From assembly GCF_000143415.4 (NCBI RefSeq), contig NW_003314274.1, positions 1,763,767 through 1,827,766 on the forward strand: a stretch of DNA of 64,000 nucleotides, given 5' to 3'. How positions within the stretch are numbered: the stretch's first letter is position 1; each line of letters begins with the position of its first letter. This DNA comes from Selaginella moellendorffii. Taxonomy: Eukaryota > Plantae > Lycopodiophyta. Of this stretch, positions 13,375 through 25,661 are shown piece by piece. A model generated the notes under the pieces. The model searched no databases. It saw only the letters and a list, made by a program, of their open reading frames with translations, and was not told the DNA's origin. Position numbers and translations under genes: made by a program.

Positions 13375-13925
13375 CTTAATAGTAGTGCTATTTCTGTTTA
13401 TTATTATTTATTAATTTCGAAGTTTATAAATTATAAAAATATTTTATAATTTATAAATAGAAGATTAATCTTATTGAAATCAACCATTAGATAGTAGAAT
13501 AAACTAGAATATATTGAAATATATTTAGGAAAGTTTATAAATTATAAATACAAGATTAATCTAAAGGAATAACAACTGTTAGATCATAGAATATTCCAAA
13601 AATTTTAAGCATGTTCTAAGTATATTCACTAAAAAGTTTGCTATGTGTTGGATGCAGCAATGTTTGGTATGCTTAATAGTAGTGTTATTCTTATTTATTG
13701 ATTCTATTGGTCAAATGGAAATTTATAATTATAAATTTTTATATAATTTATAAAAAAGATTAATCTTATTGTATATCAACCATTAAATAGTAAAATAAAA
13801 AATAATATACTAAAAAGTGTTTAGGAAAATTTATAAATTATAACTGCAAAATTAATCTAAATGAATGACAACCGTTAGAAGGTAGAACATCTTAAAAATC
13901 CAAATATATTCTAGGTATATCCACT
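13375..13925. repeat. Two diverged ~300-bp AT-rich tandem units with internal subrepeats
   Basis: 13375-13630 aligns by eye with 13673-13925. Shared blocks: cttaatagtagtg, aagattaatcttattg, caaccatta, tttaggaaa, attaatctaaa, ttcta..tatat.cact. Confidence 0.65.
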
Positions 13926-16553
13926 ACCCTTATAGGTTTGCTTAAGAAAATAAAAAAATGACAAAAAATTGAAACTAAACTTAACCACTTCCTCTAAAGC
14001 TAGCCTTTGACTCTTAAATTAAATGCTTGAATCCATGTTTTTGAGGCTTATTGACACAAGTTGTAGTCATGGCCCTTGCAAGAAATCTTCCAAGCCCTCC
14101 AATGACCTCTTCTACTCCATTGGCTACTGCTCCAAAGGTATATGTAATATTAATACATATACTAATCTATCACAATAAGGAGGAGTTGCTGAACTTTTTG
14201 GGCCACTAGATCCAGCCGTTTAATGGGGGATAACTGTAAAGGGGTTATTTCTTTAACCACGTGTTAGCGAATAATCATATTGATGTTTGCTCCCGGCCAA
14301 TAGGAGGCAGCCAAGCTGCGTGGGGTGAGAGAAGAGGTGCAGTAACACGTGTCACATGCAAAGTGTACTGTCCCTGTCATGGGCATCAAGATCACTCGAG
14401 CAGCAACAGCAGCCCAAGGCCTTGAGGAAGATTTGGTGACTAGAGTAGGATCGATCATCCTCCTGGTGGTGGAGCAAGGTGTCACAGCATCTGGATGCGC
14501 TGCTTGCCTTGTTCATTAGCCATGGTGACAAAATCTTCAGCATGGAGATGCAATCAAGCAGCGAAAGAAAAACTATAGCTAGGTTATACTTCTCAAGATC
14601 ATCTCCCAGGATTGCCAAGAGCTTTTCAGGAAGCAATGCAAAGAGCCCATCATCAAGAAATCCATTGAGAAGAGGGAATTTTTGCTAAACCATTTGAATT
14701 GGAAAAGACACATAACTGCAATTTTTGCTGGTGTGATTTTGCTCACAACTCCTATATTTGTGGCCAATGCTCTCATGATATGCTCCTGTCTTTTGAAAGA
14801 ATGTTGGTAATTTTATTCTTTTCTTTTGTCCTTCAAGAAAGACAAGTGTTGTTTTATTTATTTTTCTCTAGATTGGAGCTCACTCGATGCATTGCAAATC
14901 CTTTGTGCTCGCAAACTTGTAATGATCAACTTGACAAGACTAAGTGCCAAGTAAGTCTTGAGATTTTGTGTAAAATTTCTTTTGGATCAATCAATTGTTG
15001 TGATTCAAGAATACTTTCAAATAAAATATGGAGACATTTTTTAGAACAAAGTGGTGGATGAATTTAACAATTGCGCAGTAAGCCACAAGACAAGGGGCAT
15101 TTCCCAGTCCCACCACCCTGGGGCTCGTGAGTGTTGGGAATACTAAGATAATGTATGCAATATTTGATTAAGTAGTAATATTTTAAAATCTTTTTCCTAA
15201 TTGTAAAAATAGTTTATTAGTACATAATACTATGGAATTATAGTTTTGATAGCATATATATTTACAAAAGATTTTGTTAGTAATTATTTTCTCGACTGAA
15301 TCTGGGTAGTAATATATGAATTTTTCTAAAAACTTATTGTTTTATATTCTAAGTAAACCACATAATTAAGTAATGTCATGCTAATAATAATGAGTAATTA
15401 TTATTCTTAGTAATTTTTTTCTTAATATAAGTTTATCTCAAGTAAAAATATAATTTATATATAACATATTATTAATAATAGAAATTTTATTTTTACTTTT
15501 TTCTGGTCGGGTAATTTTCTAAATATATTCATATTTCCAAATAATAATTTGTATTTAATATTTTTATTAATAAATATTTATTATTACTTTTATCTGGGAA
15601 TATATTTTGTTCTAAATATTTATATTATCAAGTTTACAAGAATTGATTTTTGTGTTCACCTAACATTTGCTGGGCATAATTCCCTCAATTCTTCTTTCAA
15701 AGTGAAATACAATATTTATTTTGATACTATTCCATTTTTAGTTTTTAATATAGCAAAATTATAACAATCAATATAACATATACTGGACAACATATGCTAA
15801 CTAATACTAACTTTTCTTTATTAACAGAAGGTCTAGAAATCTACCCATGAATGCTTCTTTAGCCGCAGCTGTACATTGTGGGATAGAATTAGTGCGCGCT
15901 GTAGCTGTGTAATCTCATGAGTTCTTGGGAATTGAATTTCAGTCCAAAAGTGATTGGGGTAAAATTTTAGGGCTCGATGGTTTAAGCTTCAGGTCCTTTT
16001 TCTTAACTCCTCCGTTGTTAGAAGGATGAAATAAAAAAGTAGTCTCGGAGGAAATCGAGACAAGGCAAATAAAATCTTCGAATATGCTAATCGCAGTTTC
16101 AGTTTGAGCAGCTCTGACAACGATGGAACATCTGGTATTTCTTGAAATTTTTGTTCACTTTCCATAGTTTTCTCGCCTGCTTCGACGTACTGACAGTCAT
16201 ATTGCTATATATTTATCTTTAAACGCCCAGTCCGGCTGGCTGGGATGATACATCGTCTCGTTCTCGGCTAAAGAATAATTTATCAGGTATGCCTTATAGA
16301 TTTTGCAAAAAACAAAAAGAACAGAAATAAAGAGAAGAAAAAGAAATAGCTGGTTTCTGATTTTCATATTGTTTAATTTTAGAGAAGGCATTTGGCGTTG
16401 CCTGCGTCTAAACACTTGGTGAAGCTTGTAGCCGGCACTTGCCTTACCCCAGTTGCTATGCCATGGGCAGCCCGCCGGCTGAAACTCTACGTAAGCGACA
16501 AACTCGAGCCAACTAAATGAATACAAGGCACTGACGCTGGGGTTTTAACAGGG

Positions 16554-18830
16554 ATGTTCGACGCACCCATCAAGCTTCTGCTTGTCATACTTCTCCGCTT
16601 CTGCCCCTCGTGCAAATGTCTCATCGACATCGGGTTTCCAGGCGATCCTGAGATTGTTGTTGACTCGAACTTCAGCTGGACGCTCAACGGGGACCTCCAT
16701 CCGTTTCTCTGCCAGAATTTATCCAAGCGTGCCTTCTCTGCGGGTTTTACTGGCAGCAAAACAGGTCTCTTCTACTTGGCGGTGTATTACGTGAAAGCAG
16801 GCGGTGAAAATCATGCCAGCGAAACCAGCGCAGTGTGGAAAGCAAACAACGGAAGGCCGGTGCCTCTCGGTGCAAGTTTGAAGCTCCAAGTCGATGGAAA
16901 CTTGGTACTCTACAATCCTGACGGCACCGAAAGCTGGTCGACTAAAACGTCTGGACTTGGTGTGGCAGGCATGCGGCTGAATCATACTGGAAACCTTGTT
17001 CTTTACAGGGAAGATGACCAGGTTGTGTAGCAAAGCTTTGATCATCCTACGGATACTCTTGTACCTCACCAGCTGATGAAAACGGGGATGAAACTTGTTT
17101 CCAGCAGTCCCGGTGGAACAGGTGAAGGATACTTTTCATTCGAAGTACAACCTTACGCATTGGTTTTGTCCGCTCAGTCGCCTCTGCAGCGCTATGGAGT
17201 GTGGAAGTTCGACCAAGAGATTGGTTTTGTTGGCGTCAACTCTTCGAGCTTCAATGTCTACAACAGGAAAATGACAGTTATTCAGTCGGTAGCACTGAGC
17301 ATAGTCTACAGTGTGAGGAGAATACAGCTCTTCTCTACTGGAGAAGTGGTTGCGGACATCGACTGGGACATCCTCGATCTGACCAAGTTCTTCAATGGCT
17401 GGATTGGCTGGGATCTCTCTTATCGGGGGGTCTGCGGAAGATACAGTATGACCAGGGAAGGTGAGTGCCATTGCATAGGCTTGAAGTCTGACAAAGGCAC
17501 GTAAACCTACTTGGAACCAGTGGATTCTTTGGACGGCACACTTGGTTGCCGTCTTTCTCATGAAGGGGACATAGCTATGGAGTACAGGTTGGTGGCAGGG
17601 GATAAGTTCTACGACTACTTGCCGCTCAAGTTCATGCAAGGAGCTATCTTGTCACAGGCGGACTGCCTGGAGACGTGCTTGACGAATAGTTCGTGCAAGG
17701 CAGTTCTTTTCGAGGACAACAATAGGACGTGCTTTCATCTCACGGAAGTTTACACACTCAACGTGACAAGAGCTCCAGCGTTCTCGGCATTTATCAAGGT
17801 GAAAACCGGGGAGTCTAAGTTGGTAGTACACAATGCCAAGCATAGCAAAGCCGGAGTCCTTATAACGGCAGTCCTAGGGATTGCTGCGCTCACAGTGACA
17901 GTCATCGTATCAGCGGGTGCTTATTGGAAGAACAAGGTTGATTTCTACTTCAAAAGCCGTCGACAGCGCTCGCAGGCTATAGTCTCTGGTGCTGCACAAG
18001 CTCCACGTCCTTTCAACTTGAACGAGCTGGAAATGGCCACGAGAAACTTCAGCAAGAGGATTGGCAGTGGAGGATTCGGCACGGTTTTCGAAGGATCTCT
18101 GTCGGATGGATCCAGGATTGCTGTCAAGCGCCTTGACGATTCAAACCAAGGCGAGAAGCAGTTCAAGGCGGAGGTGAGAGCCATTTGCAACATCCATCAC
18201 AGAAACTTGGTCAGCCTGAGAGGCTACTGCTCGCAAAAACCACACCACTTTCTGGTTTACGACTACGTCCACAATGGCTCGCTCGATAGGTGGCTCTTCG
18301 ACAGCAGCAAAGCGAAGAGCCTGGATTGGAACCGGAGGTTTTTGATCGTTCAGGACATAGCCAGGGGCCTCGCATATCTTCACGAAGAATGCAGCAGCAC
18401 AGTGCTCCACCTCGACATCAAGCCTCAGAACGTACTCCTGGACGAGAGCTTCACGGCAAAGATCTCCGACTTTGGACTGTCCAGGATGCTCGGAGGCGAT
18501 GGTAGAACAGACAATGCGGTGACTGCGATCAAGGGAACTCCAGGATACATGGCTCCAGAGTGGCTGACACAAGCGAAAGTTACAAAGGCACTGGATGTCT
18601 ACAGCTTTGGGATTGTGGTTTTGGAGATTATCACAGGCCTCAGTGCCGTGGATGAGAGGATGAGTAGGCAAAATGTATCAAGCACGCTTAAGGTGGTGAT
18701 AGATCAAGGCATGGATAGGACCAAGAGAAGCCAAATAGAGAATTTGATCCAAATTGGATTGTGGTGCACGAAAGTGGAGCAAAGCCAAAGACCTTCGATG
18801 GTGGAAGTTGTCAAGGTGCTAGAAATCTAA
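16554..18830 (+). pseudogene. Intronless G-type (B-lectin/PAN) S-domain receptor-like kinase with two in-frame stop codons
   Basis: Signal peptide; VWKANNGRPV, LQVDGNLVL, V*QSFDHPTDTL; PAN domain CLETCLTNSSCKA; TM helix; kinase motifs GSGGFG, IAVKRL, HLDIKPQN, DFG, GTPGYMAPEW. The three ORFs share one frame, broken by TAG 17028-30 and TAA 17502-04. Confidence 0.88.
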
Positions 18831-18888
18831 TGTAGTTCATTAATTATTATCTAAGTTAATATTAGTTTAGTCTTGGGAATTTGCCCTA

Positions 18889-19767
18889 ATGGAGAGGCTC
18901 GTGAAAAAATATGAGCAGCGATACAAGAGAGCCAACGAATGTCTGGCGCGATGGAATACCTCGCAAGCTAAGTTGCTGGGTCTCTTCTCCAATGCGGCGG
19001 CTGTGATCCAGCGTTTCCCGGTATGGTTTTAGATTTCTTCCTGGTTGATTTTCTCCATAGCTTCTCCTGTCCAGGGATTGTTTTGAGGAATTGGAAGGGA
19101 GGGATGATCTCGTCGGGAAACAAGCCGAGTCGCTGGAGAAAATCTTGTCCATCATGCGTGAAACACTGTAAGTGATTTGCTCTTGTTTGTGTGTCCGATC
19201 GATCTTTTTGCTGTTTTTTGTCATTCAAGGCTGGATCTGGAGGATGTTTGCAAAGATTTTGAGAAGCTGTGGCGAGACGCGGCCAATCTTTTGAAGAACG
19301 AGAAGCCCAAGCCTACAAGGCAGCAGCTCCAGCAGCGTTTTGGTTCCCGGCCCAGTCTAGAAGATTGCGTCAGTGGACTCAAAGAATTATACGCCATGCA
19401 CAGAGACGAGTAAGCTCCTCAATTTTTCATTTTTTCTTTGGGTTTTTTTTTTTTTTTGGCAAGTTTGCCTGGGTTGCCAAAATACTTGTTTTTTTTCTTC
19501 AGGAAATGTTCTAATCGAGTGCTTTGCAGATATGCTCTCAAAGCCGATATTATTTCCAGTCTGACTTACGACACAAAGGCAAACGATATTGCTGCAATGC
19601 AAACTGTTTTGGCGGATCAGCCCAACCTTCCTCCGGACGAAGGTACCTTTTTTTTTATAAAAACACAACAAGAGAAAAATGAAAAAAAAAAAAAACAAAA
19701 ACTGTGATTGTGAATTGCCACAGTCGAAACAATTTTTAATATGGTATTTGCTGGAGGAGGACGCTAA
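18889..19767 (+). CDS. Conserved uncharacterised protein (casein kinase 2 substrate / At5g43822-like family), five exons
   Basis: Spliced product MERLVKKYEQRYKRANECLARWNTSQ...QQRFGSRPSLEDCVSGLKELYAMHRDEYALK...LADQPNLPPDEVETIFNMVF. Confidence 0.75.
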
Positions 19768-20426
19768 AGAACAAAAAGAAAGAAGAACAAATCATATACA
19801 AAGGTACCCGTTTGAGCTTAAGAAAATTAGATTCCCCGAGGCGACGAGTTCTATCTAGGACCGATCAAATCTTTTCAATAGGGAGGTTCCAGTGATCCAC
19901 TCGGAAAGGGATGGGAGAACCGATAAATTTAATTCCCCGTATTCACTGGAGGGGGAAGAAGAACAACCAAATATATTGGATCGGATTCTCCTTGTAGAGG
20001 TACTTTGTGAGGTTACAGCGCACCAAAGCTCATTTGGTTTGATATCTCGAGTAGTAAAAGTTTGGTAAAGGCTCTCCTCAAACGCAGGAACAAACGGGAC
20101 GATTTACTTGGATCGAGCTTTTGGAGCTTTGTAAGGAAGAAGAAGAAGAAGAAGAAGATCAGAAGACAGACAGGAAAGGGATGGCAGAACAAACATGACT
20201 GTGTATCAAATTTGTTTCTTCCTGGCTCTTTGCGCTGTTTTATTGTGGTTGACACTATCCCACATGGTCCTCTTTGAAATACAAGGCACGGGACGAACAA
20301 AAATTCTAAAAGAGACAGCAAAGCTATCGTTGAACAGTAGAGAAAAGAAGAAAAATGTGCTGATGAGTCCGTAATATCTCAGATAAAAATGAAAAAAAGA
20401 AAAAAGAAAAAAAGGAACGATGGATC

Positions 20427-20559
20427 AGAAAAAGGAGAGTCAATACCCGAACCATTAGCCTTGCCTGGTCTGGAAAAACGGAAGTTTGTCGATGGAAATA
20501 TTCTGGCCAGAGGCGAGGAAGGATCGTCTGTGGTGCGCTCTTGACTCTGTCCTTTTTCT
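20427..20559 (-). promoter_or_regulatory. Conserved paired 3'-UTR element of HD-Zip IV mRNA (stem-loop)
   Basis: mRNA sense has AGAGTCAAGAGCGCACCA (20548-20531) and TGGTTCGGGTATTGACTCT (20454-20436). These are the two complementary motifs known from class IV HD-Zip 3' UTRs. Confidence 0.85.
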
Positions 20560-20724
20560 TTCCCGTGTGATGTTTGTGAGTTTTCTCCTCCTCTGTTTGT
20601 CTTGAATGCTGCGATCTTCACCATGCCTGTAATGCCTGTACTAGCTCTTTCTCTGTCCAATCCGAAAGCTATATCGAAACCACTGTAGCTCTTTCTCTGT
20701 CCAATCCATGCTCGAGACTGAAAC

Positions 20725-23362
20725 TTAGCAGCAGCCGAGAGCGGTCTTGATGCGTTGCACGGTGCTGGAGATGAGGCTGTTGACAGTGGCCACGGACTCC
20801 AAGTTTAGCTTGGCGGTGGGGACGTTGCTGACTAGTATCTGGAAAGCCACCGTGAGGAGAGCGCCGCTGCTAGAAGAAGAGCTTGCCTCTGCTAGATCAG
20901 CAGCACCGCCACCGCCAGCACCGCCACCCTCTTGCGTTGTACGTTGAGATACTGCTCCATCCGGTGAGATGGCAAATCCTGACGGTAACAGCGCCACGGT
21001 GGCTGGATCCCCTCCTTGCATCACCAGATTCATCGCCGGAATATCTACGGGAGCGTAAACTATGAGCGAGCCGGATGCATCGGTACAGCTCTCCTGCAAG
21101 ATGAGCATGTTACTCTGCGACGTATTCAATGCCTGCCGTAGTAAAAAGGAGGCAAAAAAAAAAAAAAAGGTTAGTAGTCGTCCAAAGCTGCTGCTTTTAA
21201 AGTGTGTGCTTACACCAACGCGGAGGAGCGAGACGACGCAGCCCGGGTCTTGGCCGGTTGCAACTCGTGCTATCTCCTGGACTGCACCACCGTTTGAAAG
21301 GATATCCCACTAGAAACGTAAATGTCATTTGTAATGAGGGACAAGAAGCTGGGCTTACCTCGCTTCGCAGCCTCTCGTCCCGGAGGAACTCGAACAGGCG
21401 CTGCGAGTTTACCGGCACCCACAGGGACGTCGCAGCGCTGAGAACAATGCCGGGAGGTTCACCTGGATTGTTGACGCTCTTACGAGTCATTACGCGGATG
21501 TCCTCTTCGCCGGCGCCAGAGAGCGTGGTCCATGTGTGTACAATCGAGGCACTAACACCGGCGCAGTAGTTACTCGTCATGCGCTGGGCAAGGAACAGCA
21601 TGCTCCGTCGACCATTTGCATTTGGAATGACTGCAACCAAAAGGAAGAAAAAGGAAAAGCAACACTTTAAAGCTTTAGGTGGCAGGACAAATGAATTCAA
21701 GCATACCACCCAGATCTCTAGCTGATATGTTGTTGGTTAGCATGATTCCCAGCCTCTCGCACTGACGCTGCAAGATGGCGAGCCATCTCTTTGCGCCGAA
21801 GGCCGCACCACTGCACACCAGCCCATGATATATGTTTTCAGTTTGGCGGTGATCGGCTTCTATGTGTTGCACTGCCGTCACCTACAGGAAGACCATGCGA
21901 ATGAAACTGTACAGGCTCGAGAATAGCAAGACGAACCTTTGAGTATCCATTTTGCAAGTCTTCGATGAAGAAACCAGAAGGACGCATCCTGCACCGCAAT
22001 TGCGGGGCCGGATTATCCCGAAGGCCGTCGATAGAGACGTCAACAATCGCCCACACGCGTTCGGAATGCTGCTTGCAGTACCTGAGAAAGAAGAACTCCC
22101 GTGTAGGAACCAAAGGCGAAAGGATTTGCAATTCTGCATACAACTATCGGGCAGTTTTGCTTGATGTTTCCAGCCTCGAAAAAACAAAATGTAAAAGTCA
22201 AGACTTTCTCACCAGTTGCAGCGCGTTGTTCCAATTGCCGCCGACGCCAGTTGTGAGAACTTGCGTAGTAAAAGCTCTTGACACTATGTTCGAAAACATG
22301 TCGACCCATCTGCCCTGCAGAACCTTGGAATGGTTAAAAAACTGCGAAAAAGACACACTCGGAAGTACTCACAACGTTCATGATGGTATCAATCAGCCCC
22401 GCTGCATTCATCATGACCAGACCAGTCTCTCTTGATGCTTCTGTTTCCATTCCCATCAGCCTTGGCCCCAGACCTCTTGGAAATTGTCTGAAATACTCCT
22501 CCTGACTCAAAACTTCTTTTGTTCCATCCACACTACTCCACAGTGCACCGTCTGTTTCAGCTGCAACCAGCAGCAGCTCTTCCATCGCAACTATTGCAAG
22601 CTCTGCGATAACTGGTTTCTCGGATTCCGTCACGCCGCCCGGTCGACTAGCCATTTCTAGAATGGATGGAACCGCGACGGAGTCCGACGTTCCAGTTGCA
22701 GTGATATCGAAGGGAAAATCTGGGAGAATGTTCAACGGAATGGCCGATCGAGTTATGTACTTCGCTACCAAAGCCGACACTCTATTCAGCTGCATCAAAG
22801 ACACGAAATTCAGCGTTTCGACCAGGCAGGATAACATTGCTCACCTCATCTCTCAGACGAGCATTTTCAATCCGGAGCTGCTGCTCGGTGAAAGACATCT
22901 CTCCTGGCGTAAGCTGCCCTCCACATTTGGGACAGCTCGCATCCTTCAGGGCCTCTCGCAATGCGATGTTCTCAGTTCGCAAGTTCTCATTCTCAGCTCT
23001 TAAAATGGAATTGTCTGCCCGTTCGTGATGAGCCTGCAATCATGGATCATCTTCTGAACAAGAAAAAAAGCACCTGATGGCAAGGCAAACACCTTCATCT
23101 GAGTACGTCGATTCTGAAACCAAAACTTGACCTGTCGTGGTTCAAGTCCGAGCTCTCTGCCGAGTTCTTGCCTTTGTTTCTCATCGGGATGAGGACACTC
23201 CTTAAAGAACCTGTGGAAAAAACCCGTAAATGACGAGAATTCAAGCTCATGTACCCACATCTCCAGCTGCCGTGTTTGCTGGACGGTGTGACGATGATAT
23301 CTTTTCTTAGATGCTTGCAGGTCCGACTGATCTTCGAAATCATCACCAGAAGCACCCTCCAT
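20725..23362 (-). CDS. HD-ZIP IV: Class IV homeodomain-leucine zipper START transcription factor (ATML1/HDG-like), multi-exon
   Basis: Homeodomain [37 protein letters not shown]; ZLZ with CPKCG; [34 protein letters not shown]; [20 protein letters not shown]. Additional upstream coding exons are possible. Confidence 0.95.
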
Positions 23363-25661
23363 ATCTCTCTCAGGTTTGGTTTCATTACTCTTCAGCAATG
23401 AGCTTCCTGTTCAGCCTGAATTCCTGGAAGCGCTTTTGAGATGCTCACGCACAGCAATTCTCTTGCATTGCCATGGAATTCTGCACAAAATCCCGTCAAT
23501 GACATCTTCAAATGGAGTGCATTCGCCATGAATTGCCACCGACACTGACCAGGCCCCGAAAATTTCTAAAGTTTCTCTCCCTAGTGCCTTGCATCAGTCT
23601 TGTTTCATGGATCTGAAATGGAAGAACCTACAAGAAACACTATCGATGTCAGCTGAGATAGTGCACTAAAATCACTTACAAGTTTTCTGAAGAGCCTTCA
23701 ACGAGCCGCATAAACTTGAAGCCAACAAAGTGCTTTAAGACAACGGAACCTTCGGCATCTTCTGGCACAAGAAGTAGCGAGAGAAGCGAAGCTCAAGAAT
23801 GAATAGGGAGGAGTCCAGTAAGAGCAGCGAAGCATAGCTGGATTCTATGTATGAATATGAAATCGAGGTACAGGGGCCCATTAAGAAGGAACAGTTGTCC
23901 AAGAATACAGAAAAAACAATGCAAATGAAAAACTAGAAAAAAGGCTTGAGATTCAAGTATAAAATGCCAGGAAAGGATAAAATCATGTCATGAGCGGCAT
24001 GTTTTAAGCGTCTGTGGTCAGCAAAGTGAAACATAATCTTGACTTCCAGAGGTACGATTTGTTAAGCTTACCGGGGACTTGCTCCCACCCCTTAATAGAG
24101 TCGGTCAGAATATGTACCGCAAGTCTTTTGTTAAACCCGTCTAGACTTTCTCTGCAAGAAAGGTACTGGTGAGGAAAATGCAAAGAAAACGCAAAGGAGG
24201 CAGAACCTGTTGATATTGTGGTGTTGTGGGCCTCTATCTTGACCTTTGTTTTGCCGCATTAAGCTTTTCTTTCTACTTTTCTACCCCCGACTGTTCTGGA
24301 ACGCTGCAAAAAACACCGTCGCCATTTTCTTCCTGCCATTTTGTTGCCTCGCATACAAAAGTCAGTAAAACCACCAGAGAAAAATGTCGCAAACCTGATT
24401 GAAAAATTAGTCTTAGTGTCAATCTTTTGCAGCTTTGACACTGCAAGAGCACGTAGAGACTGTTCCCTGCCTGCCCTGCACAGTCTTTCACCTTGCACTG
24501 GTCAATTACACAGATAGGAAGCCTCTACCATCTTTTGAGCAGCTTAAACTACTCGCTCGAGCTTAGCGTTTTGGCCTGTGCAAGACTTCTGGAGTCGTCC
24601 TTTTCAGCCAGTGCAAGCTCAACCGACCCCTCTGACTTTATGTTACGTAAAAAGCCATCTTCTGTTCATATCTTTTTGTATCGCCATGTAGAGGAAAGGG
24701 ATGGCCGGTCACGTTGTCACTGGAGGTGTCCACGCGATCTTGTGAACTTTCAAGCCGGTTAATGGGTCTAGAAAAAAGGAAAGAGCAAAAAATCAGAAGA
24801 AAGAGAAGACAAAGAAAAAGAAACCTTTGCTTATCGAAACATTGCCACATTTTTTAGGCTGAAGCTCGCAAGATTCTTCTAAGCCAACTGGATTGATCGA
24901 TCCTCGCGACTCAGAATATCATAAGGAGAATTGCATGGAAAAACCTGGAAGCCAAGCCATTGGCGCCACGAAATCCTCGCGGCAAGCGCCAGCGCCATCG
25001 CTCGCGGGTCCCCATCGCAGCTCGCGAACAAAGACCCTTAGGGCAAGACCAGAAAATGGCGCCAAATTTCTAATTCGCTAACTGGTTAGAAAAAGCGAGA
25101 GGGGTTCGATACTCGCTCGCTGCCGGACAAACGCGAGAAGGAAGAAGATTCTTCCATTCCCTTGGCAGATGCATGGTTCTAACGTCCTATCCTTGCCTTC
25201 ACAGACTGGGATAGAGGAGCTGTCCCAAAGGAAGATCTCGCGAGAAGACGACTGGAAAACTTTTCTTTTCCGGTGTGGGCATTGGAAATCTCGCGGTTCT
25301 AGCTATCGAGCGATAGCAGTAGCACAGCGCCTATCCAAAACCACACCAATCATAACCCTGGCCAAGCAACGCGAAAACAAAAACCACCACCACGCAAAAA
25401 GACGTAAGTCTTAAGCCGAGTGATGCGTCATTCTGGCCTACCTGAGAGAGCATGTACCGCGCGGGCCAGGAAATCGAGGATGTGTGTCCAGACGAGTCTC
25501 TTTCCTGGCTTTTATTGCCGGTTTCTAAAAGATCTCACAGAGAAAGAGCCAGTCCAGCTTAGTAAGGAAAAAAAGAAGAAAAAATCCAGAGGAACTTACA
25601 ACGTCAAAATCAATGTATCTTTGGATCACCGGTGGTTGAAGCGCTCCGCGTCTCACTTTGA

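Noticed and set aside
14264-15061. Short ORFs in a moderately GC-rich patch after a PPT/TG-like site at ~14222-14240
   Set aside because: No recognisable gag, RT or integrase motifs. Probably decayed TE, but unsupported.
17028-17030. A-to-I editing to restore TGG from TAG, as in fungal premature-stop correction
   Set aside because: No such nuclear mRNA editing is established in plants, and the second stop (TAA) would need a separate fix. Simple mutation is more parsimonious.
20642-20707. 22-bp direct repeat TAGCTCTTTCTCTGTCCAATCC just after the HD-Zip IV stop
   Set aside because: Real (20642-63 and 20686-707), but most simply a local slippage duplication. It matches no small-RNA site I recognise.
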